Shown here in pieces: positions 1-12,351 of a stretch of DNA of 52,316 nt; positions within the stretch are counted from its first letter, which is position 1, and each line of letters begins with the position of its first letter. Position numbers and translations under genes: made by a program. The stretch lies in contig NW_005434434.1 in assembly GCF_000315625.1 (NCBI RefSeq), forward strand, positions 1-52,316. Reading direction: 5' to 3'. The notes under the pieces are model-generated. The model made no database searches, was not told where the DNA came from, and was given only the letters and a program-made list of their open reading frames with translations. The stretch is from Guillardia theta CCMP2712. Taxonomy: Eukaryota > Protista > Cryptophyta.

Positions 1-269
1 TACGATCTCCTCACTGAGTGTCGGAGGATGCTTCCTCAACGACAAGAAGCGCTCGGAGCTTCTCTGCAGCTCAGTCTCTCTCCCTCGCCTCCCTCCCTCC
101 CTCCCTCCCTCCCTCCCTCCGCCTCCCTCCCTCCCTCCCTCCCTCCCTCCCTCCCTCCCTCCCTCCCTCCCCTCCCTCCCTCCCTCCCTCCCTCTTCCTT
201 CTTCCTCTCCCTCTCTACCTCTCCCCCTCCTCCCTCCTCCTCCCCTCCTCACTTTGCCATCACCTCCTC

Positions 270-1166
270 CAGCGCATCAGCTTCCTACCGATGCTTCCGC
301 GTGACCAGCACGTCCTTCGGTCAAGTCACGCCTCCATCTTCCTTGACTCGCTCCTCGTCAACGCGCACACAACCGCCCTCGACGTCGTCTGGTCCTCCCT
401 GCCGCTAGTCACAACTCCTCATGGTGAGGAAGTTTGAGGGGGAGGCAACATGAACTGAGCTTCTCTCTCGTCCTCCTCCTCCTCCTCCTCCTCCTCTCTA
501 TTTTCTTCCTCCTCCTCTCTATTTTCTTCCTCCTCCTCTCCATCCTCCCCTTTATCTTCCACTCCATCCGCCTCCTCTTCATCCTCCTCCTCTTCTTCGC
601 TCCGCGCTCTCAGTTCGGTTCGCATCACGAGTGGCTTCATCGATCCTCACAACGACCAAGTGCGACTGAGCTGAGGTGTTGGGCTGCTGTTGTGTTAACC
701 GCTGCCACAGGTGTACAGCAACCATCGCAAGGAACACAGAGGACTACGTTGATGTCAGCATCAACCTTGCTAGCTCAAAGCCCAAGATGAAGGAGATCAG
801 AAGGTCTTTATTCTACATCTCAGCTCTTGTTCTTCACCTGTCAATCTCGCATCCCTCGTTCCCTGCTCATCCCAGGCACGTCCTCCTTTGTCATACCTGA
901 CCCTCACACGCAGATGCTACTCTACATGTCACGATTTACAAAATTCCTCGACTCCCAACACCCTCTCCTCCTCCTCCTCCTCCTCCTCTGCATCTACCAA
1001 CATTTCTCTCTCCCCCAAGCATCCTTGCATGCTCTTCGACACGAAGCGATGGGTGGAAGACTTCGAGCGTCTCCTGCTCCTCTCCTGGGAGACACACGTG
1101 ATGGTGAGTTTGAAGTGACGCGATGAAAAGCTGATGGCCATCAACTTCATCATCATTATCAACGAC

Positions 1167-1231
<65 letters not shown>

Positions 1232-1375
1232 TATCAACGACTTCATCATCATCACCACCATCATACTACTACTACTACTCCTCCTCCTCCTCTTTGACTC
1301 TCCCCGCTTATCCTCTCTCCTCTTGTTTGGCAGGGAAGAGCCTTGGACCGGTGCTCCCATATCAAAGTTTCATGA
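270..1375 (+). CDS. O-GlcNAc transferase (GT41, OGT/SEC-like), 3' exons only; gene starts before the window
   Basis: Spliced exons ~270-423, 614-659, 711-803, ~914-1103, 1334-1375 give FLPMLPRDQHVLRSSHASIFLDSLLVNAHTTALDVVWSSLPLVTTPHVRFASRVASSIL...IARNTEDYV...LFDTKRWVEDFERLLLLSW...SHIKVS*. This matches the OGT C-terminus (LDTPLCNGHTTGMDVLW, LASRVAAS, PLFNTKQY). GT-AG borders. Confidence 0.88.
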
Positions 1376-1463
1376 CAGCAGGGAAAATCTGCTTACTGGA
1401 TGAGGAGGGAGGGTGGGTGAGTGGAGGAGGAAACTTGGTTAACAGAAACAGAAACAAAATTCA

Positions 1464-1639
1464 TTAAGGAGAAGATCGAATAAGAATGATCCAGGCGATG
1501 GCCGTGTAGAAAAGATAAACCTGCTCTTCCGTCACAACGAGGTCAAATTCCCTCCTCGTCCATCATCATCACCACCACCACACCATCAGCGGCAGGAGGA
1601 AGAGGAGGAGGAGGAGGAGGAGGAGGAGGAGGAGGAGGA

Positions 1640-1672
<33 letters not shown>

Positions 1673-3480
1673 ACATTATCCCAATGAGAATCGAATCTCT
1701 CATCCATCTCACCGGATAAGCCGCCAGGGCAGCTCGTTTTGGAGATACAACTTCGTTGAGGAAGCCAACAGAAGCTGCGACGAAGGAGCAGATGAGGAGA
1801 AGAGAGCAGAGCAGAGAAGAGAAGAGAAGAGAAGAGCAGAGCAGAGCAGAGCAGAGCAGAGCAGAGCAGAGCAGAGCAGAACGCAGAGCAGAACGCAGAG
1901 CAGAGAAGAGAAGAGAAGAGAAGAGAAGAGAAGAGAAGAGAAGAGAAGAGAAGAGCAGAGCAGAGCAGAGCAGAGCAGAGCAGAGCAGAGGAGACTTACC
2001 GCGTGACGCCCAAATAAGACCTGAAAGAGAAAGTGAGAGGGGTAAAAGAGAAAGAAGAGGAGGAAGGGCAGAGAGCGAAGAACAGAGAAGGGAAAGAAGA
2101 GGAGGGTAAGAGATGAGAGGAGAGGAGAGGAGAGGAGAGGAGAGGAGAGGAGAGGAGAGGAGAGGAGAGGAGAGGAGAGGAGAGGAGAGGAGAGGAGAGG
2201 AGAGGAGAGGAGAGGAGAGGAGAGGAGAGGAGAGGAACAAGAGCAGGTGAAGGAAGCAAGGGAGGATAGGAGGAAGGTGCCCAAGGGGACAGATGGAGAA
2301 GACTGCATCACCGATGGCAGTCATTCCAAACCTAACAAGAACACATGCTGTCTTCTTGCATTTCATCCAGCCCACAGTCATACAGATCTGCCGCCCCTTG
2401 TCAACGAGGGGACAGGCGAAGGCTCCTCAAGCAGCAGCATCACCAGCGCAGAAATCACCAGCGGGAAGACGCAGTACCCCAATACACAGATACTCTGGAA
2501 GAACGACCTGAACAAGACAGACTTCACTGCACTGCCACTGTCTTCTCGCTTGCAACTCACACTGTCCCTCCCAGCAAGACAGCATTCACAGTGACAACTG
2601 CTGCACCGCACCTGCCCAACAAGTGAGGAGGAGGAGGGGGGGGCGCAACAAGGAGAGCAGGAGGGACGTCACCAGACGATGACGAAGACGGAGGCGAAGA
2701 CAGGAGCTGACTCGTCCTCGTCTCCCATCCCATGAGCATGAGAACTCCCGCTGCTCAATGTGCTGCAAGGAGACGAAACAAGGTGAGGTCAGGTCAGGAG
2801 CAGGCTTTCGCCCGCAAGGGACAACATTACATGGCGAGGATAAGGCAAAGGAAAAGAGGGCCCCACAAATCCCCTGTACAAGAGTCATCCAGCCAGCACC
2901 GTTCGTCATCCTTGCTCCCTACAGTTCTTGAGCTCCTTCTTGGAGTCGCTTCCAGGTAGAGCAACCTGGAAAGGAAGGGATGGTGGTGATGAAATGAGCA
3001 TGCAGGATGGGGTTGATAAGAGGAGAAGGGGACGGGGGTAGAGGCACCTTCCACATCTTGTCCCCTATCGTCCGCAGCTCTCGTTTCAGCGTCTCCATCA
3101 CTGCAACAATCTTTCATGCTAGGATCAAGCCGAGGAAGCGTCAAGGACCAGGTTCATCCAAGGTTGTTTCTTCAAGCTTTCATTGCATCAGTCACAAAGA
3201 GATGTTGAGATGGCATCATGGCTTACCGGCACCTGCATGCTTGACATCGGGACTAGCAAGTAGGCTCTGCCAACCATCACGATGTTATTATCAAATAGCT
3301 TCAATCATCCTTATAAAAAGCAACCATCACATCTATTGCTACGTCGCATCTTTCCTTCACCTCCACCTATAGCCTGCTCCTTGGTTGTCAATCTCCTACT
3401 CTGATTCATTCGAGCCATTCTCATAGGCCTTGCTTGGCGCCATTTCCCTCCTCCTCCCCCTTCCCCTCAGCTTCGCCATA
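1464..3480 (-). CDS. YIPF6: Yip1-domain Golgi membrane protein (YIPF6/Yip4-like), multi-exon; start approximate
   Basis: Exons encode TTLDEP, ETLKRELRTIGDKMWKV, DLWGPLFLCLILAM, GAAVVTVNAVLLGGT, SFFQSICVLGYCVFPL, GLIWASRASVGFLNEVVSPKRAALAAYP, VYLFYTAIAWIILIRSSP*. These are YIPF6 motifs in the correct order. Confidence 0.9.
1797..2236. repeat. Intronic pentanucleotide microsatellites (AGAGC/AGAAG)n and (AGAGG)n
   Basis: Visible directly; they flank a ~21-nt YIPF6 exon near 2000-2020. Confidence 0.95.
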
Positions 3481-3609
3481 TCGCCAGCAGGGCAGCATCA
3501 TCATATGGAGTTGGGGGCAGCGTTGATACTAGGAAACAACAACATCCGGAAAGTTTATCGCTGCCCTCACTCGGAAGGACGCCGTACTGAGGCAAGCCTG
3601 ATATTTCTG

Positions 3610-4190
3610 CCTCCCGGCCGGATCACTGGCATCACTAGCCGGCTGAGTCACAGCGGCGGGCCCCCGGGCCGCGCCCTGCACGCCGGTGCGGCTGACTGAA
3701 CTGAAGCCTCCGCAAGGCCCGCGAGGCCGCCCGAGTGCACTGGCGACGGTCTACATCCGGGGATATTCTTTACTCAAAGTTAAGTTAAAAATCAGTACGA
3801 GGACACATCCGGGGAGTCCGCCGGGAGGGCCCCCCAGGCCCCGGCAACTCCGGTGACCGGCAAGTCAAGTTCCGGTCGGGCCGAGTCCCGGCGGCGGGGC
3901 TCACTCAACTTGCGATTCAAGAGTCCCGGTCCTGGCCGAGTCGGGGGGAGTGTTGACTTCTCGCAGTACCCCCACCCCTCACCCCCCACCCCCCATGTCA
4001 CGCTCAATCATTTGACTTTTGAAGGGGTCATTTAATCCTATGATTGGACCCCTCCTATGCGGAACTGTGTTCCGACAACCCCCCTCCCCCCCAACTACGA
4101 GTCAACCGTGACCCCCTTCCTTAGAGCCATAAAACGTTCCCACTTCACTCCTCCCTTTTTACATTCCTCCTTCTCCCGCTCCCCGCCTCC
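3610..4190. promoter_or_regulatory. GC/CpG-rich island followed by ACCCC-rich tract, upstream of YIPF6
   Basis: CCGG/CCCGGG-dense core ~3610-3950, then C-run tract. The same architecture recurs in other intergenic regions. Regulatory role is inferred. Confidence 0.5.
3753..3815. mobile_element. 41-bp AT-rich insertion flanked by an 11-bp direct repeat (ACATCCGGGGA)
   Basis: Direct repeats at 3753-3763 and 3805-3815. The insert 3764-3804 matches the reverse complement of ~47699-47735. Confidence 0.6.
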
Positions 4191-4193
4191 TCC

Positions 4194-4944
4194 NNNNNNN
4201 NNNNNNNNNNNNNNNNNNNNNNNNNNNNNNNNNNNNNNNNNNNNNNNNNNNNNNNNNNNNNNNNNNNNNNNNNNNNNNNNNNNNNNNNNNNNNNNNNNNN
4301 NNNNNNNNNNNNNNNNNNNNNNNNNNNNNNNNNNNNNNNNNNNNNNNNNNNNNNNNNNNNNNNNNNNNNNNNNNNNNNNNNNNNNNNNNNNNNNNNNNNN
4401 NNNNNNNNNNNNNNNNNNNNNNNNNNNNNNNNNNNNNNNNNNNNNNNNNNNNNNNNNNNNNNNNNNNNNNNNNNNNNNNNNNNNNNNNNNNNNNNNNNNN
4501 NNNNNNNNNNNNNNNNNNNNNNNNNNNNNNNNNNNNNNNNNNNNNNNNNNNNNNNNNNNNNNNNNNNNNNNNNNNNNNNNNNNNNNNNNNNNNNNNNNNN
4601 NNNNNNNNNNNNNNNNNNNNNNNNNNNNNNNNNNNNNNNNNNNNNNNNNNNNNNNNNNNNNNNNNNNNNNNNNNNNNNNNNNNNNNNNNNNNNNNNNNNN
4701 NNNNNNNNNNNNNNNNNNNNNNNNNNNNNNNNNNNNNNNNNNNNNNNNNNNNNNNNNNNNNNNNNNNNNNNNNNNNNNNNNNNNNNNNNNNNNNNNNNNN
4801 NNNNNNNNNNNNNNNNNNNNNNNNNNNNNNNNNNNNNNNNNNNNNNNNNNNNNNNNNNNNNNNNNNNNNNNNNNNNNNNNNNNNNNNNNNNNNNNNNNNN
4901 NNNNNNNNNNNNNNNNNNNNNNNNNNNNNNNNNNNNNNNNNNNN
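4194..4944. other. Assembly gap (N run)
   Basis: 751 N, flanked by low-complexity (TCC)n. Confidence 1.
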
Positions 4945-5000
4945 TCCGTCCCTCCTCCCTCCTCCTCCTCGTCCTCGTCCTCCTCGTCCTCGTCCTCGTC

Positions 5001-5036
<36 letters not shown>

Positions 5037-5253
5037 CTCCTCAGCCTCCTCCTCCTAAGTTCTTTTCCTCTGCAACATGTCGACTCATTTCTCTTGATCT
5101 CGACTCTCAAAAGTTGTATCCCGCAACTCTCCTCTTCTTTGCTGTTTACGTCAGATCTACATCTCTGTAGCCTTTAATTGACAGTACACTAATTTTCCCG
5201 GTTTTCGGAGGTTCTTTGTCAAGTATCAACTGCATTCGGCACATTCCCAGCCG

Positions 5254-6063
5254 ATGCCCACCAGTCTGAGTCGCTGCCCCGAAGATCTTGACATTAGCAC
5301 AAGCCATCCAAGTGCTCAGCACGTCTACGGAGAGCCATATGGCCCTTCAAGGCCCAGAGTTCTCCGGTCGTCGTTGAAGAAGACAGATTCCATGTCCGAG
5401 GGTACAGCCAAGAACGGCAGCGATCCGTTCTACACCCTACAGAGCGCGCTGTCGGTCTTCTCCTGCATTCCTATGTCGCAGTCGTGCAGCTGTGTGTCCT
5501 GCCCGATTCACAACGAGGATGATGGGGGCGGCAGGTGAGGAGTATGCTTCTGTCTCGTTGCTCTGACGGCAGCGTCCAGCCATTTGCAAGAAAGCAGCGC
5601 CCCGTCAAAACCCGCGATGAGAGGAATGGGCGACCAAAAGAGAAGAGTTTCTTTCACAAGATACCAGCAGATCCTTGAAGAACAACAGAGATGTGTAGAA
5701 GTGAGGATAGACGCTTCCCTGCCTCTCCCACTTTGTCCCTGACGTGAAAGATTTCAGCTTCGCTCCATGAACCTGAGTTTTGATCAAGAACACAAGCTGG
5801 AAGATGCACTACTACAAGCTGAGCTTGAGAAGAGGTCTTGAGCACATACACATCATGAGTCAGCTGTGTGAGTTCCGTACCAGGCGCAAGGAGAAGAAGG
5901 AAACCTTTGACGCTGGAGTGCGACGCCTGGCGCAGCGAACAGGTTGTAACTGTAGACCTGAATTGTTCATCCTCTGATCGTATGCAATTTTTAGGACTGT
6001 CAGAAGGAGAGATACGTCGTTCCCTCACCCCCTCGTGAAGCGGAGCAGGAAGGAGATACTCTA
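5254..6063 (+). CDS. Hypothetical protein, ~5 exons
   Basis: ORF 5254 joined by short GT-AG introns to KRRVSFTRYQQILEEQQRCVE / LRSMNLSFDQEHKLEDALLQAELEK / RKEKKETFDAGVRRLAQRT / LSEGDTSFPHPLVKRSRKEIL*. No recognised domain. Confidence 0.55.
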
Positions 6064-6339
6064 GTCAACAGCTTTCAGGTCAAAAGCTCGCATAGTCAAA
6101 AGGCAAGATTTGGAGGGTACTTTGCAAGGAAGTTTGAGATGTAAGATGTTGCGATCCATTCGACTTTAAAAATAGCAAAACTTGGAAAAAAGCAAGATAA
6201 TGTACGGTACAACTATCAATATTCTTGAAGCCATAAGGAAGAAATATTCACATCAGACAGAACTGCAGTCCTTATGTCGTCTGCACGGTCGGGTGAACTT
6301 TGATGAGGTTTGTTGATCCTTTTGGCAGCCTTGGCTTTG

Positions 6340-8900
6340 CTAAGGCAGCAAATGGACACAAGCAGGTGGCACGTTGCGAACAACCAACACGAGGGTTGTT
6401 GATGTCAGAATCACGAAGGGCAAATGAAAGAAAAGTCCTGCAAGAACATTGGAGTTCAGCACTTGTTATCAGATTGTTGATTCTCCTCTTACCGTAAAAA
6501 TACTCCACACTCTCAGATTTCTGGCTTGGGATACAGGGGATCAACGTCATCCAGACAATCCTGTATCTGTCACGAACGATCTTCAACAACTGTAGAATGC
6601 TGGAAATGAAGAAATACCTTGTCGATGCGATATTCGATGACATTTCGCTCGGACAGCACGCATCTTTGATGAATACATCATCTTCAATGTGGATGTTGGT
6701 GACAAAGGTTCATTGTCTCACCAAACACAACTTCATCGACGTTCTGAACAAACATGATAGCAACCTTCAAATAGACTCATCAGCCTTATGGAAACGAATC
6801 AAATAAAAAACACCGTTGATCGAATGACGAGATCGACGGTATTCGCAGTGAGGATGAAATTTGTCCTTCATGTTCACATCAGGCATTGGTAGCCAATGGC
6901 TGCATGCAACAAACCCTGAGATGACTATGCACATCCAGGTAGCGAGCTCTGAAAGCACTCCGATGGTGAAGATGATGAATCGTGTGGTACGTGAGACTTC
7001 ACAAACATGTCACGGTGACTAGACACAATAGCAGGAATCAAAGGAATCAAAGAGCTCACCTGGAATACGTATATTCTTGTCATTAGCATTTGTTCCCCTC
7101 TGGAATGAAGTGAACAAGGAAATTTGAGCATGTCGAAACATCCCAGGGACGTTGTTCAACATCAGGATAATGAAAATTGAAATCTGAAAAAAAGTATCAT
7201 TCTCAAAATTTTCTTTTCGCAGTGTAAGCATACCGCAGCAATCTGCAGTGAGGATGGTATTCTACACATGATCTGATAACACTCGTTCTGTGCGTTACAT
7301 ATTTCCCTGGTCAAGAGCATCAGTAGTTGAGCGCAACGTCAGTCATTCACGTTTTTCTGCTATTGATGGTTGGCAGTGCAAAAAACAATTCCAATGCGAA
7401 TATCATCTGCAGCATTGCAAATGACTGACGTGTGAAGGCCTTGTTGAAAATCACCTGCAGCACGACGGAAGCGACAAGCATGGGCCCACATTTCAAGACG
7501 CCTGTCAAGACTCCACGCTAGAATACCAAAGATTTAGATAAACAGAGACGAGGGGTCGTGTCCCACCTGGATCGCCACATGAATGAAGGCGCCATATGCG
7601 TTTTCGGCCTGCAAGACTATCAAGACGATGATGCATTCAACAATCCATTTCAGACCACTGCAACCCATCGCCTCTCTTCATCAGGGTTTGTATCTTGCTC
7701 CTGCGTACCCGTCATTGTGATTCTAACTAAGCCTCCTGCATTGCATACCTCTTCAACAGGGATGTCTTGGCATTCGCCGTAACTCGCCCTTCTCCTGCCT
7801 CCTTTGGCCGCAAGAAAATCCAAGAAAGCAATTTTCACACCGCGATTTTCATTTGATAGACTGACGATCAACATTTTTAGTTGCAAAGGAAATGCACGTG
7901 ATTACCTTGCGTTTGAAGCATGCCGCTCCACAGACTTACTCCTGACAGCACTTGATTCTTTGTCTGCGACATTTCCTTCCTCTGAGCTGGTTGTGCTTGC
8001 GTTTGCGTTTGCGCTCGCGTTCGCGTTCGCACTGTTTGCAGATTGCTCGTTCTTGAGATAATTCTCAACGAATCATTCATGTCCCAATTGCAAATACCGT
8101 ATCGTTGTTCGATGCATTGTTTGGAAAGCATTCTTGACCGACACGTGCTTCACATGATGGACACTGAACAATCCCAATTAACATAGACAAAGAAAATGCA
8201 AACGCAGGTCGCACACGCACCCTGTGACAATGGCTGCATTGTTGCCTTTCCTCTTTGACGATTTTTCTACACCCAAGTCATCCAACATGAATGCTACCTT
8301 GCGCACACCTTATTTCCTCGATCAGGATGGGTCTCAAATTTTCAATGTTGATTCCAATCCAAGAATCGCTAGAACGCACAACAGTTAGCCGTCTGGACCT
8401 GCGCTGGGGCACAGACCGAGGGAGAGGTTTCAGATGGACGGACTTGGAAGATCCAAGCTCGTTGTCACTGACACCTACATCTTCACTCAGCCTATTGATT
8501 TGATGTCAGCCCTCCATACTGTGAGTCATCGGCTGTCCGGGTAGGCAGTCATCCCGCCTGAGGCACGTAGAGATATTCAGAACTCTCGACCTCCACCAAC
8601 TCTATGGAAGATACCTCGAAGAAGCCTCGCTCATGTCTGTATGCCCGTTTGATCTCAGCCCTATAAGTCGCCTTCTCCCAGACGGCCCTTGTAAGTCATA
8701 CAGCCTGCATTCCTACCACAAGTTGTACAACGTTGCATCACTGCCGTTGATCCAAACTCCTTCCTCAATGAAGCTCGAGCCAAGCAGCACCGATCTGCTG
8801 GACACAATAAGTTTTGTCCAAACGAACAACATATCAAGTCATTTGTCTCTGCGACTTCGAGACATTCGTCCTTCTCGTTCTCCTACAAACATCTGTCCTA
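6340..8900 (-). CDS. Uncharacterised multi-pass membrane protein, many short exons; 5' end uncertain
   Basis: In-frame spliced hydrophobic segments: GPMLVASVVLQMIFALELFFAL, LQIAAISIFIILMLNNVPG, RFIIFTIGVLSELATWMCIVISGTNFILTANTVDLVIRSTVAIMFVQNVDEVVF, GLFFHLPFVILTSTTLVLVV...LLP*. Confidence 0.7.
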
Positions 8901-9399
8901 CCGTAATTTATGAGAAGAGAAAACGAGATGTTGATTTGGATGAAGAAAACTTTGATCTTAATCGGACATGCCCTGGCCATTTCCATCTTACAAGAAAGAA
9001 CTCTTCGCTTCATTTCTTGCCGTATAGAAGACTGCATCAGATTTTGAACCCGCTACACTTCTACCCACAGAACTCTTTGCTCTCCTGGCATCAGTCTGTG
9101 CTGGCATCAGTCTGTGCTGAGCCACATCATTTGTTAAAGACACAATTAGGCTTCCAATAACATCGAGCACAAACTGCTAGACGATCTCAATACTGCATTA
9201 AATGGTATCGAAAGTCATCTAGAAGTGAACTGCGCTGTACTTATCTTACATCAGGATGTAACCAGAACATGGCATGAATGAAGTGATGAATTGATCATGA
9301 CGACGCAACGTACGGTCACTTGCAGTATGCATGTCAGCTTGTGCATGAGTGATGCCCTCGAGTGGCACGAATGATGTCAATCTGATCAGCTATGTCTTC

Positions 9400-10870
9400 T
9401 TATCAGACTTGTCTGCCCCCCCCCTTTTTCTCATCACCATCGTCGAACAGAAAACTGTCGCCATCGTTGGAATTCACACAACAAACGACCCTCACCACCC
9501 CACCCCTACCCATTCAATTCCCTATGACCCTACCCCACAGGTCAGAGTCAAGGTGTCTCACCCCTCCCCCCCTCCTGGCTTCCGCCTGCTTATTCCACCC
9601 CACCCTCTGTCCTCTCGTTTCTACCACCCCATGGCTGGGTACTCGAGCGAACCTTCCCCTGTGACTACCCCTTGTCTTGTTGTAGCCACCCCCTTCATTT
9701 AGATGAATCGACCACTGAACCCCTAGCATTCATGACTCACCCCTGTATGTGACTCATGACAGAGAAGGTACCGAGTTGGACCCCTCCCCGCCTACTAACC
9801 TGTGACTATAGACCACCCCCTCAAATACAACAGAAACGACCCTACATGAAATGCTCGGCCGAAAAACCGACCGGTAGTGAACCCCACCCTACCCTGTCAT
9901 TAACTCACAGGCTTTCCAACGAAGTTGTGGTAATAAAAACTACCTTACCGCGGCAATGATGGAACCCCACCCTTCATTTCTCCAGCACCTACCCCTACAT
10001 TTTCCAGGACTGGACCTGTCGCAATTCGGCCGGGTCTTTACAACCAAGTTTTCGATTGCCTCACCCCTCCTTCAGACTACCCCACCCCTTTACCGCCGGT
10101 CACTTTGGTGCCTGGCACGGATGGTCGCCGGTAGTACCTTCCTCAAGAAATCATTCAGGACTCCTCAATCAGAGGCTGCCACCCCTGTATATCCCAGTCA
10201 CACTGATGGTGGGTGGTCCTGCTTGGGGAATCAGACGAACTCGCCGCCCGGGCCCTCGAAATTTTACTCCCCCGGACTCGGCGAACTAAAGTGACGGCAG
10301 TGGTGACTAAGTGATGACAAGCCGCTTGAACTTGCCTTGATTGACTGCGGCGCCGCTGATTTTCGAGTCGCGCCCCCGCGGGGCGACCGAGAGCCTCGGA
10401 CCGTCATTGGATCCAGCGGTGCCGCAGTGTCGAGTATCCCAGCCCGGCCGGGGTTAACCCTGTAACTTCCGGCGGGCCGGCGGGCCCGGGCCCGGCGCGG
10501 CCCGCCGCCGGGCCCGGACAGCCGTGCCGTCATCCCGATGCGGCCGGGATCAAGTTCGGAAGTTCGGATGGTCACCAACTGCCGGGCCCGAGTGACCGGC
10601 CGTGACCCAGCCGACCCCGGCCCCGCCGGAACTTCCGGCCCGTGACTGTCGGGCCGGGCCGACGGTACCAAGGGGCCTTGAAGCCTGAAGCCTGTCAACC
10701 GGGTTCCCCGGCTGAATATGGATGGGGATGTGGTATCGTGTTGTTGGGAAGGGTCACCTGGCACATGACCGGGGTGGGGGGTGGTGACGAGAATCATTAT
10801 GACCCCTCTTTTCTACGCAATAAGGGGATATGAAAGGGGGTACAAATATGGCGGAGGGGGTAGGTGCTGT
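9400..10870. promoter_or_regulatory. ACCCC-rich tract + GC-rich core (~10240-10710) + GGGGT-rich tract
   Basis: Strong composition shift and strand asymmetry, with no credible ORF. Function is inferred. Confidence 0.45.
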
Positions 10871-11145
10871 GTAGTAGAAAGCCGCCATGTTGTCGCAGCT
10901 TTTGATGATGAGGACCGCCGACCTGGTGAGGGAAGGAGGAGAGGAGGAGAGAGAAGAGCATGGAAACATCTGATATAGAGAAAGGGAGAGGAGAAGATTG
11001 AGATGTGGAAAGGCAAAACTGGAAGACATGAGGAGGAGGATGTAAGTAGAAGAGAAGAGAAGAGAAGGTCATTTCAACTGTCGGTGGAATCACAACGGTT
11101 TCGAATAGAAGGAGAATGTTGGAAGGAATTTAAATTCATTGGATA

Positions 11146-11147
<2 letters not shown>

Positions 11148-11230
<83 letters not shown>

Positions 11231-11415
11231 TGACACTCACGATGGTATAAGTTCTGAATGTGTTGATAGTGCTGATGGGTGTAGCTTCAACTTGTTGTTG
11301 TCACTACTGAAAATGCTGGTGCTGCTGCTGCTGGTGGTGGTGGCAGCTGCGGTGGCGGCTGCGGTGGTGGTGGTGGTGGTGGTGGTGGTGATGATGATGA
11401 TGATGATGGTGGTGG
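11148..11415. repeat. (GACGAT)n, (GTG)n and (GAT)n microsatellites
   Basis: Visible directly; they generate the spurious poly-D/V/M ORFs. Confidence 0.95.
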
Positions 11416-11910
11416 TATTGGCTGTTTTTGGCGATGGTAATGGGGAAGTGAGTTATCTGTGATGGCGATCTCTACAACGTGGCGCTTACTAACCTCCTTG
11501 CAGACAATGCTGGAGTTCACCGCTGATAACATCCCCAAAGTCCTCGACTGCGGTCCCAGTGCAAACAACGTGAATAGCTCCACTTCCTCTGCGCATGACT
11601 AACAATTTTGATTGATTCATAGTGCAACCTTTCCGATGGAGGCCAGTACTTTTAAGTTGTCGACGAGAAACATGCCAAGGAATGCTGGAGGAATGAATGC
11701 AGGCAGATGGTTTGTTTTTTTCTGTATGGATCTGTCTTCATTACAAGGGGAAATTTGGAGTATTCACAAACCTGGCCTCCCTCTGAATCAACTCACGTTG
11801 CTATCAGAGGGACGGCCAGCATAACAACTGCTCAATCAAAGATGGGTAGATGATGTTTCTTACAGCGATGGGAGCAGAAGATCGATGTACAGTGCTCCCA
11901 CATCTAACTG

Positions 11911-12311
11911 TTATGTGTCGGAGTTTCTGTCGTCATCGCTCAAATACTTTGCGTTCCTGTAGGGAGCTCAGTCTAGCCGATTGTGAGGAGGAAGGGATAC
12001 CTCCGAGACATGTCGTTCCTAGGGAGAGTGGGGATGGAGGGCTCGTAAGGTGACTCGGAGACGTCATGGGTATCGTAGCATTCCATGCAGCAAACCCATC
12101 TGGTGCAGAAGAATAAGATGACGTCAACACATTGCATGGAGCTTGCCTGCACTTCTTGCATCCGTACATGGATGTCCCTGCTGGGACTGAGTCGAGACTG
12201 CACTCGTCGCAAGCCCAGCCTTCATCTGGGGGCGAGGAAATCAGCAAGGAGAAGATGAGCAAGAGGTGGAAGGGAAGAAGGGAACTGGGACAAGATCACA
12301 GAATCAGGAGA

Positions 12312-12351
<40 letters not shown>

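Noticed and set aside
929-2381. Poly-M/I/L and SSPLL ORFs (and similar ones at 11139, 20705, 21477 and 46050)
   Set aside because: Translations of microsatellites or antisense frames.
3792-3803. TCAGTACGAGGA as an rRNA sarcin-ricin loop fragment
   Set aside because: Short imperfect match with no flanking rRNA similarity.
4057-5110. 333-aa and 321-aa ORFs
   Set aside because: Artefacts of the N gap.
6480-6900. Ulp1/C48 protease of a transposon (HWL..., ECGVFL)
   Set aside because: These motifs are in shadow frames with stops; the spliced membrane-protein frame explains the region.
10860-11830. Small minus-strand gene with weak LAP1/torsin-like similarity (SAVLIIKSCDNMAAF)
   Set aside because: Exon-like pieces exist, but I could not fix frame or identity; the similarity is too weak.
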